Below, in pieces: positions 44,791-54,975 of a stretch of DNA of 64,000 nucleotides; positions within the stretch are counted from its first letter, which is position 1, and each line of letters starts with the position of its first letter. The position numbers and the translations under genes are program-made. The stretch is from Halioglobus sp. (GTDB lineage: Bacteria; Pseudomonadota; Gammaproteobacteria; Pseudomonadales; Halieaceae): assembly GCA_037382865.1 (NCBI GenBank), contig JARRPM010000010.1, positions 4,454-68,453 on the forward strand. The letters are read 5' to 3'. A model generated the notes under the pieces. The model had not been told where the DNA came from and ran no database searches. It worked only from the letters and a program-made list of their open reading frames with translations.

Positions 44791-45249
44791 ATGGAACCTC
44801 TAGCCCAACTGCTGACCCCGGGGCGCACCGTGTGCCACGCACCGGGTGTCAGCAAGAAACGACTGTTCGAAACGATCGCCAGGATCATCAGCGAGGACCA
44901 GCTTTCCCTGCCCTACGACGAGGTATTCACCCAGCTCTTCGCCCGGGAGAAGCTCGGCAGCACCGGCCTCGGCCAGGGCATCGCCATCCCCCACTGCCGC
45001 ATCGACAACTGCACACGGCCCGTGGGATCCCTGCTCACCCTCGAGGAGCCCATCGATTTCGATGCGCCCGATGACCAGCCCGTGGATCTGCTTTTTGTGC
45101 TGCTGGTCCCGGGAGAGGCCCAGCAACAGCACCTCGACATACTCGCCAACATCGCGCGCCTGTTCAGCCAGGACGACTTCTGCCACGAGCTGCGCGCCGC
45201 GCAGACCGACCAGGCACTGTACGAAATCGCCACCAGCAAAAGCCTGTGA
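44791..45249 (+). CDS. ptsN: Nitrogen-related PTS enzyme IIA (EIIA-Ntr)
   Basis: 152 aa. The phosphorylatable His lies in the context GQGIAIPHCR. Confidence 0.92.
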   Translation: MEPLAQLLTPGRTVCHAPGVSKKRLFETIARIISEDQLSLPYDEVFTQLFAREKLGSTGLGQGIAIPHCRIDNCTRPVGSLLTLEEPIDFDAPDDQPVDLLFVLLVPGEAQQQHLDILANIARLFSQDDFCHELRAAQTDQALYEIATSKSL

Positions 45250-46115
45250 CCAGCGCTGCAGACCAACTGATCATCATCAGCGGCCGCTCGGGCTCGGGCA
45301 AGAGTACCGCCCTGCACCAGCTGGAGGACGAGGGCTACTACTGTATCGACAACCTGCCCGTCGCTCTGCTGCCGGCTCTGGTGGAGGAGACGTCCAATGA
45401 GCAGTTCAGGCATTTCCGGGGTACTGCGGTGTGTATCGACGCCCGCAATGCCTGGCAGGACCTGGCCAACTTCAGTGTCATTCTCGAATCCCTGCCGCCG
45501 GCGCTCCGTTGCGACCTCCTGTTCCTGGATGCGCAGGAGGGCATTCTCATCAAACGCTTCAGCGAGACGCGGCGACGTCATCCCCTCAGCGGCGTGAACA
45601 TGCCCCTGGCGGAGGCGTTAGACGAGGAGCGACGTCTGCTCGAGCCGATCGCCGCCGCCGCGTCGCTGGTACTGGACACCAGCCAGATGACGATTTATGA
45701 ACTGCGCGACGCGATCAAGCAGCGCCTGCTGGGTACCAGTTCAGGCAGCATGTCGATACTGGTCCAGTCCTTTGGATTCAAGCGCGGCGTGCCGCCGGAC
45801 GCGGACCTGGTGTTCGACGTCCGCATGCTGCCCAATCCGCACTGGGAGAAGGATCTGCGCGCCCGCAGCGGCCTGGATCCGGAGGTCCGGGCATTTCTCG
45901 AGGCAAAGCCCTTGACCGGGGAACTCTACCGCGATCTGTGCCGCTTTCTCGACAACTGGCTGCCTCATTACAAGAACGGCAACAGGAGTTATATGACCAT
46001 CGCAATCGGTTGTACGGGCGGCCAGCATCGGTCAGTATACCTGGCGGACCGCCTGTTCCGGCACTACCGTGAACAGTTTCCGAACATCCACATCAGGCAC
46101 AGGGAACTGCCGTGA
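45246..46115 (+). CDS. rapZ: RNase adapter protein RapZ
   Basis: 289 aa with a GTG start overlapping the ptsN stop. The P-loop is GRSGSGKST and the C-terminal motif is GCTGGQHRSV. Confidence 0.93.
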   Translation: MTSAADQLIIISGRSGSGKSTALHQLEDEGYYCIDNLPVALLPALVEETSNEQFRHFRGTAVCIDARNAWQDLANFSVILESLPPALRCDLLFLDAQEGILIKRFSETRRRHPLSGVNMPLAEALDEERRLLEPIAAAASLVLDTSQMTIYELRDAIKQRLLGTSSGSMSILVQSFGFKRGVPPDADLVFDVRMLPNPHWEKDLRARSGLDPEVRAFLEAKPLTGELYRDLCRFLDNWLPHYKNGNRSYMTIAIGCTGGQHRSVYLADRLFRHYREQFPNIHIRHRELP

Positions 46116-46381
46116 TCCGGACCCAGGTCACCATCATCAACAAGCTGGGGCTGCACGCCCGGGCGGCGGCAAAATTCGTCGGCTGCGCCTCGGCTTTTTC
46201 CAGCAAGATCCAGGCGGGCAGGGACGGCAAACTGGTCGATGGCAAGAGCATCATGTCGGTGATGATGCTGGCCGCCGGCAAGGGCACCGTACTGGACCTG
46301 CACATCGATGGGAAGGACGAGGAGCAGGCACTCGTTGCGCTGCAGGCGCTGATCGAGAACCGGTTCGACGAGCCCGAGTAG
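46112..46381 (+). CDS. ptsO: HPr-like phosphocarrier protein NPr
   Basis: 89 aa with a GTG start overlapping the rapZ stop. LGLHARAAAKFV is the active-site His context. Confidence 0.9.
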   Translation: MIRTQVTIINKLGLHARAAAKFVGCASAFSSKIQAGRDGKLVDGKSIMSVMMLAAGKGTVLDLHIDGKDEEQALVALQALIENRFDEPE

Positions 46382-46509
46382 GCTCGGCCGCCGCGCACGC
46401 GGTCGCATCCGTTACTAATCACGCTGTTGCCGTTTGTCGGGCTTTCCCCTTTCCCCGATAATATCGTCTCACCACGTACCGCGCGCTGAAGGAGTTCTTC
46501 GGGAACACT

Positions 46510-47862
46510 ATGGTCCAGAATACCGCGACATCCCAGAAGGCACTGGACAAGCTCACCGAGGCGCTGGATAGCGGCACCCTCGCGGGCGTGCGTCGCATGC
46601 TGAACGACCTCCCGCCGGGGGACGTCGCCCACCTTCTGGAATCATCGCCACCCAAATTCCGCCACGTCCTCTGGCAGCTGGTGGACGTGGAGCAGGAAGG
46701 CGAGATCATCAACGAGCTCGGGGAGGAGCTCCGCGCCCATTTCTTCAGCGAGATGGACGCATCGGAAGTTGCCCTCATCATGGAGGGACTCGAGGACGAC
46801 GACGTCGCCGACATGCTGCAACAGCTGCCGGACCGCGTCACCTTCGAAGTACTCAACGCCATGGACCACCAGGACCGGGCGCGGCTCGAACGGGTCATGC
46901 TGTACCCGGACGATACCGCCGGCGGCCTGATGAACACCGACTCGATCACCATCCGGGCCCCCCTCACCCTGGACGTCGTACTGCGCTACCTGCGCCGCCA
47001 CCACGAAATACCCCCGATGACCGACAACCTGATCGTGGTCAGCCGCACGGATAAATACATCGGCCTGCTGCCGCTGAATACGCTGCTGGTCTCGGACCCG
47101 TCGCGCTCTGTGCGGGAGATGATGATCACCGATCTCAAGCCGATACCGGTCGACATGCCCGACAGTGAGGTGGCGCGCCTGTTTGAGCGCAACGACTGGG
47201 TTTCCGCTCCGGTGGTGGACGACGAGGGGCGCCTGCTGGGTCGAATAACCATCGATGACGTGGTCGACGTGATCCGGGAGGATGCGGACCATTCGGTGAT
47301 GTCCATGGTCGGCCTCGGGGAGGATGCGGACACCTTCGCGCCGGTGATGCGCGCTGCACCGCGGCGAGCCATCTGGCTCGGCATCAACCTGATCACCGCC
47401 TTCGTCGCCTCCGGTGTCATCAACCTGTTCCAGGGCACTATCGAGAAAGTGGTCGCACTCGCCGTGCTGATGCCCATCGTCGCCTCGATGGGAGGGATTG
47501 CCGGCACCCAGACCCTGACCGTACTGGTGCGCGGTATCGCGATGGGCCAGGTGGGCAGCAACAACCAGGGCTGGCTGTTGTCCCGTGAACTGGCGGTGGG
47601 CGCGCTCAACGGCGTGCTCTGGGCCACTGTCGTGGCGCTGGCGGCCTCCTTCTGGTTCGACGACTGGACCCTGGGCCTCATCATCGCCGCGGCCATGGTT
47701 ATCAACCTGGTCACGGCGGCCCTGGCCGGCGCGGCGCTGCCACTGCTGATGACCAGGGCCAACATCGATCCGGCCCTGGCCGGGGGCGTGGTACTCACCA
47801 CTGTCACCGACGTGGTCGGTTTCGTCTCCTTTCTCGGCCTGGCGACGCTGTTCTATGCCTGA
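46510..47862 (+). CDS. mgtE: Magnesium transporter MgtE
   Basis: 450 aa, with an N-domain, tandem CBS domains and a five-TM C-terminal domain (PIVASMGGIAGTQT). Confidence 0.93.
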   Translation: MVQNTATSQKALDKLTEALDSGTLAGVRRMLNDLPPGDVAHLLESSPPKFRHVLWQLVDVEQEGEIINELGEELRAHFFSEMDASEVALIMEGLEDDDVADMLQQLPDRVTFEVLNAMDHQDRARLERVMLYPDDTAGGLMNTDSITIRAPLTLDVVLRYLRRHHEIPPMTDNLIVVSRTDKYIGLLPLNTLLVSDPSRSVREMMITDLKPIPVDMPDSEVARLFERNDWVSAPVVDDEGRLLGRITIDDVVDVIREDADHSVMSMVGLGEDADTFAPVMRAAPRRAIWLGINLITAFVASGVINLFQGTIEKVVALAVLMPIVASMGGIAGTQTLTVLVRGIAMGQVGSNNQGWLLSRELAVGALNGVLWATVVALAASFWFDDWTLGLIIAAAMVINLVTAALAGAALPLLMTRANIDPALAGGVVLTTVTDVVGFVSFLGLATLFYA

Positions 47863-48391
47863 CTACGACGACGATGCGGACTACCTCGAGGGAGACGAGC
47901 GCCCCAGCAAGAGCGAGATGAAGCGCCGCATGCTGGCCCTGCAGGAGCTGGGTGAGGCGCTCGTCGGCCTCAGCGATAAACAGCTCGCGCAGATGCCCAT
48001 CGACGACGATCGGCTGTTGCAGGCGATCCGGGAGGTGCGCCGGATAAACAGCAACAGCGCGAGGCGGCGCCATCTCCAGTTGATTGGCAAGCTGATGCGC
48101 GACATCGATGCAGAGCCGATTGCGGCGGCCCTGCAGGCCCTCCATAGCCGGCGCCGGCAGCGGGACGACGCCTTTCACCAGCTGGAGCAGCTGCGCGAGA
48201 CGGTGCTGGCGGCGGGTGCAGAGGGTGTCGAAGCGGTCATGGCGCGCTGGCCGCAGGCGGACCGCCAGCAATTGCGACAGCTGGTATTGCAGCATCAGCG
48301 CGAGGCCGAGCGGGGCCGGCCACCCGCAGCCAGCCGGAAACTGTTCCGCTATCTGCGGGAGCTGCAGGAGCTTTACGGCGGCGCCGAGTGA
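47855..48391 (+). CDS. yjgA: YjgA/DarP (DUF615) ribosome-associated protein
   Basis: 178 aa. PSKSEMKRRMLALQELGEALVGL and RRRHLQLIGKLMR are typical of the family. Confidence 0.85.
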   Translation: MPDYDDDADYLEGDERPSKSEMKRRMLALQELGEALVGLSDKQLAQMPIDDDRLLQAIREVRRINSNSARRRHLQLIGKLMRDIDAEPIAAALQALHSRRRQRDDAFHQLEQLRETVLAAGAEGVEAVMARWPQADRQQLRQLVLQHQREAERGRPPAASRKLFRYLRELQELYGGAE

Positions 48392-51300
48392 TCCCCTGCA
48401 GCGGCACCCGGTTCCGTCACACCCGGGGATCCCGCTTCCGCTTTGTCATCCCCCGGCGCCCGGGCCGCCGGCCCTGGGTTGCGCGGTCCGGGGTCGAAAA
48501 TGCGCTGGAACTTGACCTTGGGGTCATCCCAGGTGCCGCCGATCGTATAGATGGCGCTGGACAGGCTGTTCACCTGCTTTTCGAACACCTTGCTGACCAC
48601 GAACACCCCCGCCGCCACCGGCAGGCCCGCCGCCAGGGCGGCGACCCAGGGCAGGTTGCTGGCCACCGGCAGGGTCGCGACCAGTTCCCCGCGCAGATTC
48701 CGGGTAGCCACCTCCGAGACCCCGCTGAACTGGAAGCTGCTGGAACTGCCCTTGACCTCCATCTGCGGCACCTCGATGGTGCCGCCTTGCAGGAGGATCT
48801 CGCCATCGACCGTGTGAAACGGGATCCCCGACTCGAACATCTGCGTCAGGTCGAGACGCTGGACGATGTCCGCCAGGTTGAGAATGCTGACCACCTTGAG
48901 TGCCCCGGTCGTACCCGGAGAGGCCTCGAGAAAGCGTCCCCGCCCCAGCGCCACCTGCAGCGAGCCGCTGCTGCGGGCCATGGCGAAGGCCTGCGGCGCG
49001 CCCGGCCAGTCCAGCTGCAGCCGCAGCGTGCCCGTCTCGGTCTCCAGGGTTTTCTCATAGCCGAACTCCTGCAGCGTCCGGCCGAGATCATCGAAGTGCA
49101 GCGTGACCGCCAGCCCGGTTCCCGCCTCCTCACCCTGCTGCCATTGAACGTGGCCGGCATCCTCCGCGCGCAGTCTCATGCCTGCAAGCTCGCCCCGGAT
49201 CGCCCCTGCGGACAGCAGCGTATCGCGGCTCTTCAGATCGAAGGAGAGCGAACCAAGAAGGCGTTCGCCGCGACGCAGTTGCGTGATGTTCACCTGCATA
49301 TCCGGAAACTGCAGGGCCGACTGATCGGCGTCGACCCCGATGTCCAGTGATGCCAGGCCGCTGAGATTCAGGTAACCGATATCCAGGCGCGGCGGCGCAC
49401 CGCCCACAGTGTGCCGGTATTCAGCCCGCAACCAGTCTGTGGTGGCCGCGAGCCACTGCTGACCGTCCGCCACACGCGCCGACAGCGCCACGCCGGCCAC
49501 CTCCCGCCCGCGAAGCACAAGGGTTTCGGCAACGAGTTCGTCGACCACGATCTCCAGGGCGCGCTGTTCCGCGGGGCGCGCGGCACCATCATCCCGGGAC
49601 GAGCCAGCGACCGAAGTGTCCACCCCGGGGGACTCCACCCGGGGGGACTCCACGCCAGGCCCTGCGGTGCCCCCATCGAACAGGCCGGCGTCGCCATACC
49701 GCTCCGCGAAATGTTGCCACTGGTCCGCGTCCAGCCGGGCCAGGTGGCCGCCCAGTTGCAGTCTTCCAGGGACGGGCTCGGCGGCGGTCTCCCCAAACGC
49801 GACGGCTCCCCCGCGCACCGCGCCATCCTGCAGGCGCAGATTCAGGCTGAATTCATCTTCTAGCGTGAGTCGCAGTACACCCTCGCGCCCCGCGATGGGC
49901 ATTTGGAGGTCGAACGCGCGCGCCTGCTGCGCCGGTTTGCCCAGAGGCGGGGGCAGGTCGAGGGCAAGGCCTTCCAGCGTGCTGGTAATGGTGAGCTGCC
50001 CCGGGGAGTCCGGCGCAATCAGCAAGCGTGCCGCCACCGGGGTCACGCCGCGGGCAAACCCCAAAGTCTCCGCGTCGAGCCAGCGCCGGACGTCGGCTAT
50101 CGCCACCGGTGCAGCGAGATCCACCGCCGCCGGCGTGGATGCCGGCACGGCGCGGTCCGCCGCCGCCAACTGCGTCACCCTGGCTTGCAGGGGCCGCCCC
50201 CACAGGGATCCCGTCAGGTCCCGGGAACTGAATCCGGCTGCAGTGCTGTAGTTGAGTTCCCCATTGACCGCGCTGACCGACAGGCCGATATCACCGGTAT
50301 CGAGGGAGACATCGCGCCAGCGGGTGGACACCGCCACCTCCGGCGGCGCCGCAGCGCTGCCCAGGTCGAGCTGAAGCTGCAGTTCGGTCTCCAGGCCACC
50401 GGTCAGTTGCCACGTGGTGAATGCGCCATCCACGTAGTCGCGCAGCGGCGAGTCGTTGAGTACCGCGAGGCCATCGGCAGCGGGGCCATGCATCCGCGCA
50501 TCCACGACCAGGCGCATCCTCCGGGCCTCATCCATCCAGGCCTCAGCGGAGAGTCGTTGGACCTCCGTATCCAGCAACCGCGCCCGCTCCAGCCAGACGC
50601 TGACGTCGGTGTCGTCAATCAGCACGATGCCATCCACGTCACTCAGTGGCGGCCACGCCGGATCGTATTGCAACGCCGTGTCCGCCACATCAAAAAAGAG
50701 CTGCACGGTCCGCAGGGGCTCCGCCTCATGCCGCAGGCTGCCCCGCCACAGGAAGCCGCCCTGCCGCACCCGCCCCTCCCCGATGCTGGCGGCCAGCCAG
50801 TCGCGCAGCCCCTGGTCCAGAATGTAGGGCACGTACTTGGAACGGTGTATCGGGTGGGAATCACCGAGGCCGACGAGCAGCTCCATCTCCGGTCCAGCGA
50901 CGGTGTTAGCCAGTGGCACGGTCAATCCGAACAGCGCCCGGACCGTGCCCTCCACGGCATGGGCCGTGATCAGCCCGCTGGAGATCACCAGCGCCCGCTC
51001 GTCCCAGGCCAGCTGCAGACTTCCGTGAATATCGTCGTAGGCGAGCGGCTGCCGGTAGACCGAGGGAAACGCCATCGTAAACTGCCGGCTGTCCAGCACC
51101 AGTTCACCGCCGCCGGGTTCCAGATCGGCGTAACCCCGGGCCGAGGAGACGCCCGGTGCGTCCATCCAGGAATCGACCGCCACCTTGTCGAAGTTGACCT
51201 CCAGCTTCCAGTCACGCGCCGGATCGGCAATGTCGGCGATCCCCAGCTGGAGGGCGGTCAGAGCCCCCCGCGGCCGCAGGGCTCTGAGCGCATCTGCAAG

Positions 51301-52383
51301 AATCTCCGGGGGTTCCTGCAGTTTGAGAAGCAGTTCGCTCAACGGGCCCAGGGGTACGTCCTCAGCACGTGCGCGCAGGGACTCACCCCAGGCATCCAGC
51401 TGCAGCCGCGGCAGGGAGACCCCCACCCCGCCCTGTTGCAGGTACACGTTGGAGGCGAACACCGTCCAGCGATCCCTGGCCTCGGCCAGGCTGGCCTCCA
51501 TCTCCAGGCGTTCCAGTGGCAGCCGCCAGGCCTGGCCCGGCGGGCCCAGCACCAGGTCGCGCGCCTCGACCTGGGTTTCCACCTCGATGGTTCCCCGGTC
51601 CAGCGCCAGCCAGAGCTTCAGGTCCACGTCCCCCTCGGCGTGAAAATCCGGCCGTCCCCGGACCCAGAGTTCCCGCAGGGTCCCCATTTCAGCGGCCTGG
51701 ATATCCAGGTAGAGGTTGCCCCTGAACAGCTCGGGGCGGAACGGGTCGCCCACGCCGCTGGCACGGGCCAGGATCGAAGTACCCGGCGGTGAGCGCAGCT
51801 GCGCTTCCAGGCGCCGGCGGCTCCCCTCCCGCTCGAGGCGGAGATCGAGATCCAGGGTATGGGTCACGCCCCCGGGCAGCGCCAACCGTACCAGGGTGTC
51901 GCTCAGGGTCACGCGCTCGATGTTCAGCAGAAAATTTCGCAGGAACGGCCCGATCTGACCGTCGCCGCCGGTCAGCCCGCGGATCACCAGTCTGCCGTCC
52001 GCTGTCAATTCACCCTGGATGCTCAGCTCCTGCAGTTCGAGTGCCGTCACCTGCAGGCTGCGGGTGCGCAGACTGGCCAGCACGTCCAGGCCGATACGAC
52101 CTCCACCGAGTTCAATGACCTGCGCACCGCCTCCCGGCATACCCAGGCGCAACCCCGACAACACGATGACCGGGGTAAAGGAGTGCCATTCGCCCGACAC
52201 CTGCCGCGCATCGACCTCGAATGGAAAGGACCGGTTCAACTCCCGCAGGATCTCCGCCCGGTACTGCCCGAGATTCGATGCCAGCAGGCGACCCACACTG
52301 ACGTACACCGCCAGCAGCACGATCAGCGTGACGACGAGCGCCCAGAGTACGCGGCTGAGCCTGTGGAAAATCGAAGATTGCAA
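48373..52383 (-). CDS. yhdP: YhdP-family (AsmA-like, DUF3971) inner-membrane-anchored envelope protein
   Basis: 1336 aa with a TTG start and an N-terminal TM segment (VLWALVVTLIVLLAVYVSV). The body is long and beta-rich, and the C-terminal AsmA-like region ends in a TM segment. It is adjacent to rng-maf-mreDCB, as in E. coli. Confidence 0.85.
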   Translation of the reverse strand: MQSSIFHRLSRVLWALVVTLIVLLAVYVSVGRLLASNLGQYRAEILRELNRSFPFEVDARQVSGEWHSFTPVIVLSGLRLGMPGGGAQVIELGGGRIGLDVLASLRTRSLQVTALELQELSIQGELTADGRLVIRGLTGGDGQIGPFLRNFLLNIERVTLSDTLVRLALPGGVTHTLDLDLRLEREGSRRRLEAQLRSPPGTSILARASGVGDPFRPELFRGNLYLDIQAAEMGTLRELWVRGRPDFHAEGDVDLKLWLALDRGTIEVETQVEARDLVLGPPGQAWRLPLERLEMEASLAEARDRWTVFASNVYLQQGGVGVSLPRLQLDAWGESLRARAEDVPLGPLSELLLKLQEPPEILADALRALRPRGALTALQLGIADIADPARDWKLEVNFDKVAVDSWMDAPGVSSARGYADLEPGGGELVLDSRQFTMAFPSVYRQPLAYDDIHGSLQLAWDERALVISSGLITAHAVEGTVRALFGLTVPLANTVAGPEMELLVGLGDSHPIHRSKYVPYILDQGLRDWLAASIGEGRVRQGGFLWRGSLRHEAEPLRTVQLFFDVADTALQYDPAWPPLSDVDGIVLIDDTDVSVWLERARLLDTEVQRLSAEAWMDEARRMRLVVDARMHGPAADGLAVLNDSPLRDYVDGAFTTWQLTGGLETELQLQLDLGSAAAPPEVAVSTRWRDVSLDTGDIGLSVSAVNGELNYSTAAGFSSRDLTGSLWGRPLQARVTQLAAADRAVPASTPAAVDLAAPVAIADVRRWLDAETLGFARGVTPVAARLLIAPDSPGQLTITSTLEGLALDLPPPLGKPAQQARAFDLQMPIAGREGVLRLTLEDEFSLNLRLQDGAVRGGAVAFGETAAEPVPGRLQLGGHLARLDADQWQHFAERYGDAGLFDGGTAGPGVESPRVESPGVDTSVAGSSRDDGAARPAEQRALEIVVDELVAETLVLRGREVAGVALSARVADGQQWLAATTDWLRAEYRHTVGGAPPRLDIGYLNLSGLASLDIGVDADQSALQFPDMQVNITQLRRGERLLGSLSFDLKSRDTLLSAGAIRGELAGMRLRAEDAGHVQWQQGEEAGTGLAVTLHFDDLGRTLQEFGYEKTLETETGTLRLQLDWPGAPQAFAMARSSGSLQVALGRGRFLEASPGTTGALKVVSILNLADIVQRLDLTQMFESGIPFHTVDGEILLQGGTIEVPQMEVKGSSSSFQFSGVSEVATRNLRGELVATLPVASNLPWVAALAAGLPVAAGVFVVSKVFEKQVNSLSSAIYTIGGTWDDPKVKFQRIFDPGPRNPGPAARAPGDDKAEAGSPGVTEPGAAAGDHSAPP

Positions 52384-52417
52384 GAGTGAGGAGAACTCCG
52401 GGATGACTGGCGTAAGT

Positions 52418-53893
52418 TTAGAGCAGTACGATGTCGAAGTGTTCCTGGCTGTAGGTTGGCTCCACCCGGAAACTGATCGTCTTGCCGATGAACTCCTCGA
52501 GATCGGCCAGGTGGGAGGATTCCTCGTCCAGCAGCCTGTCCACCACCGCCTGCGCGGCCAGCACCATCAATGTCTCGTTCTCGTAGGCGCGGGCCTCGCG
52601 GGTGATCTCCCTGAAGATCTCGTAACAGATCGTCTCGGCGGTTTTCAGCGTGCCGCGGCCCTGGCAGACGGGGCAGTCTTCGCACAGGGTCCGCTCCAGG
52701 CTCTCCCGGGTGCGCTTGCGGGTCATCTGTACGAGGCCCAGTTCAGACACGCCGGTGATCTTGTTGCGCGCCGGGTCCCGCAGCAGCGCTTTCTCCAGGG
52801 CACGGTGCACCTGGCGCCGGTGCTCGCTCTCCTGCATATCGATGAAGTCGACGATAATGATCCCCCCGAGATTGCGCAACCGCAACTGCCGGGCCAGCAT
52901 CGTAGCCGCCTCGAGGTTGGTCTTGAAAATGGTCTCTTCCTGATTGCGCCGCCCCACAAAGGAGCCGGTGTTGACGTCGATGGTGGTCATCGCCTCGGTC
53001 TGGTCGATGACCAGGTAACCGCCGGATTTGAGCGCCACCTTCCTGGCCAGGGCGCGCTGGATCTCGTCCTCGATTCCGTGCAGGTCGAACAGGGGACGCT
53101 CGCCGGGATAATACTCCAGCAGTGGCAACACCTCCGGCACATACTCGGAACAGAAGGACTGCAGGGACGTGAAGCTTTCGCGGCTGTCCACGAGGATGCG
53201 CTCCACCCCCGGCCGCGCCAGGTCGCGAACGGTCCGCAGCTGCAGGGGCAGGTCCTCGTACAGCAGGGCCGGGCCGGTGGCCGCCGCGGCGCGGCGCGAT
53301 ACCGCCGCCCAGAGGCGTTTCAGGAATCGAAGGTCGGAACGGATCTCCTCCTGGCCCACCCCTTCCGCGGCAGTGCGCAGGATGTAGCCCCCCTCTGCCT
53401 CCATCTGCTCCGCCGCCAGGGCTTCCGCGAGCAGCCGCTGGAGCCGCTCCCGCTCCGCCGGGTCGTCGATCTGCTGGGATACGCCGACATGGGTGGTGCC
53501 CGACATGAAGACGAGGTAGCGGGAGGAGACCGAGAGCTGCGTGGTCAGGCGCGCGCCCTTGCTGCCCAGTGGGTCCTTGGTCACCTGGACGACGACCTTC
53601 TCGCCCTCGTGCAGGTGCTTCACGATGGATGGCGAGCCCCCCCTCTCCTCCTGGTTCCCGTTGGCGGACCCCGCGATATCGGCCACATGGAGAAAACTGG
53701 TGCGCCCCGTGCCCGTGTCGACGAAGGCGGCCTGCATGCCGGGCAGTACACGGACCACCTTACCCGCGTAGATGTTGCCCACGATGCCGCGACGACTGCG
53801 CCGCTCGATGTGGATGTCCTGGGTGGCGCCGTTCTCCACGACGGCCACCCGGGTCTCCATAGGCGTCACATTGACCAGGATCTCCTCACTCAC
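52418..53893 (-). CDS. rng: Ribonuclease G
   Basis: 491 aa with a GTG start. (M)SEEILVNVTPMETRVAVVENG, with S1 and RNase E/G catalytic domains. Confidence 0.94.
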   Translation of the reverse strand: MSEEILVNVTPMETRVAVVENGATQDIHIERRSRRGIVGNIYAGKVVRVLPGMQAAFVDTGTGRTSFLHVADIAGSANGNQEERGGSPSIVKHLHEGEKVVVQVTKDPLGSKGARLTTQLSVSSRYLVFMSGTTHVGVSQQIDDPAERERLQRLLAEALAAEQMEAEGGYILRTAAEGVGQEEIRSDLRFLKRLWAAVSRRAAAATGPALLYEDLPLQLRTVRDLARPGVERILVDSRESFTSLQSFCSEYVPEVLPLLEYYPGERPLFDLHGIEDEIQRALARKVALKSGGYLVIDQTEAMTTIDVNTGSFVGRRNQEETIFKTNLEAATMLARQLRLRNLGGIIIVDFIDMQESEHRRQVHRALEKALLRDPARNKITGVSELGLVQMTRKRTRESLERTLCEDCPVCQGRGTLKTAETICYEIFREITREARAYENETLMVLAAQAVVDRLLDEESSHLADLEEFIGKTISFRVEPTYSQEHFDIVLL

Positions 53894-54482
53894 CGGCCTG
53901 CTCCAGGGCGGTGGTGATCCCCGCCGTCCTCAGCAGCTGCCAGGTTTCACTCAGGGGCAGGCCCACCACGTTGCTGTAGCTGCCCTGGATCGATCGCACG
54001 AAGGCGCCGCCGAGCCCCTGGATGGCATAGCAGCCCGCCTTGTCCCAGGGTTCGTCGGTGGCGAGGTAGGCCTCGCAGACCTCCCGGCTCAGCGGGACGA
54101 ACTCCACCCGGGTCTCGACCAGTTCACCCTGCGCTTCCCCCGCGCCGTGAAGGCAGATTGCGGTAAGCACCGAGTGACTGCGCCCGCTGAGGCGCGCCAG
54201 CATCCCCAGCCCGTCAAAATGGTCCCTGGGCTTGCCCAGCACGTCGTCGCCGAGCACCACGGTGGTATCCGCCGCCAGCACCCACCTGGATGAGGGGTGC
54301 CGGGCCGCCACCGCCGCCGCCTTCTCCCGGGCCATCCGCCGGACGTAATCCTCTGGCTTCTCCCCCGCCAGCGGGCTCTCATCGATGGCGGCGGGGTCAC
54401 ACAGGTAATCCACGCCCAGCTGTTCCAGCAGTTCCCGTCGGCGGGGCGAGGCTGACGCAAGAATCAGTTTGATATCGTCCAT
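53886..54482 (-). CDS. maf: Maf-like nucleoside triphosphate pyrophosphatase (YhdE)
   Basis: 198 aa. LILASASPRRRELLEQLG. Confidence 0.92.
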   Translation of the reverse strand: MDDIKLILASASPRRRELLEQLGVDYLCDPAAIDESPLAGEKPEDYVRRMAREKAAAVAARHPSSRWVLAADTTVVLGDDVLGKPRDHFDGLGMLARLSGRSHSVLTAICLHGAGEAQGELVETRVEFVPLSREVCEAYLATDEPWDKAGCYAIQGLGGAFVRSIQGSYSNVVGLPLSETWQLLRTAGITTALEQAGE

Positions 54483-54483
54483 G

Positions 54484-54972
54484 TCATGTCACCCGGTAAT
54501 GTCTTCGCAGCTCGCGCAGGACATGCAGGACCACCGGCCACAGCACGGCGCTGGTAAAGGCCGGGAGCAGGAACGTCAGCGCCTGGCGGCCGACACCCTC
54601 AAGGTTCTGCACCCACTGGCAGACCAGCTGGTTGATACCGACCAGCACGAATACCATACCGGCCTGCTGCCACAGGCTGAACACCCGGAGCCGCTGGTAG
54701 AGAAGCTGACAGAGCAGCGCCACCACGACCAGGGCGAAGGCATTCTGCCCCAGGACCGCGCCCTCCAGCACGTCCAGTCCCAGGCCCAGCAGCAGTCCGG
54801 TCATCATTCCCACCCTGTGGGGCAGGGCGATCGTCCAGTAGATGAGCACCAGCGCCGGCCACTCGGGACGGGCCCACACCAGCCACTGGGGCAGGGGCAG
54901 GACCGCCAGCACGTAGGCCACCAGGAAAGTGACAGATATCGTCCAGTAGCCGTGCGGCTCCTGCTCCACCAC
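54484..54972 (-). CDS. mreD: Rod shape-determining protein MreD
   Basis: 162 aa, polytopic, with a GTG start. It lies between mreC and maf. Confidence 0.88.
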   Translation of the reverse strand: MVEQEPHGYWTISVTFLVAYVLAVLPLPQWLVWARPEWPALVLIYWTIALPHRVGMMTGLLLGLGLDVLEGAVLGQNAFALVVVALLCQLLYQRLRVFSLWQQAGMVFVLVGINQLVCQWVQNLEGVGRQALTFLLPAFTSAVLWPVVLHVLRELRRHYRVT

Positions 54973-54975
54973 CCC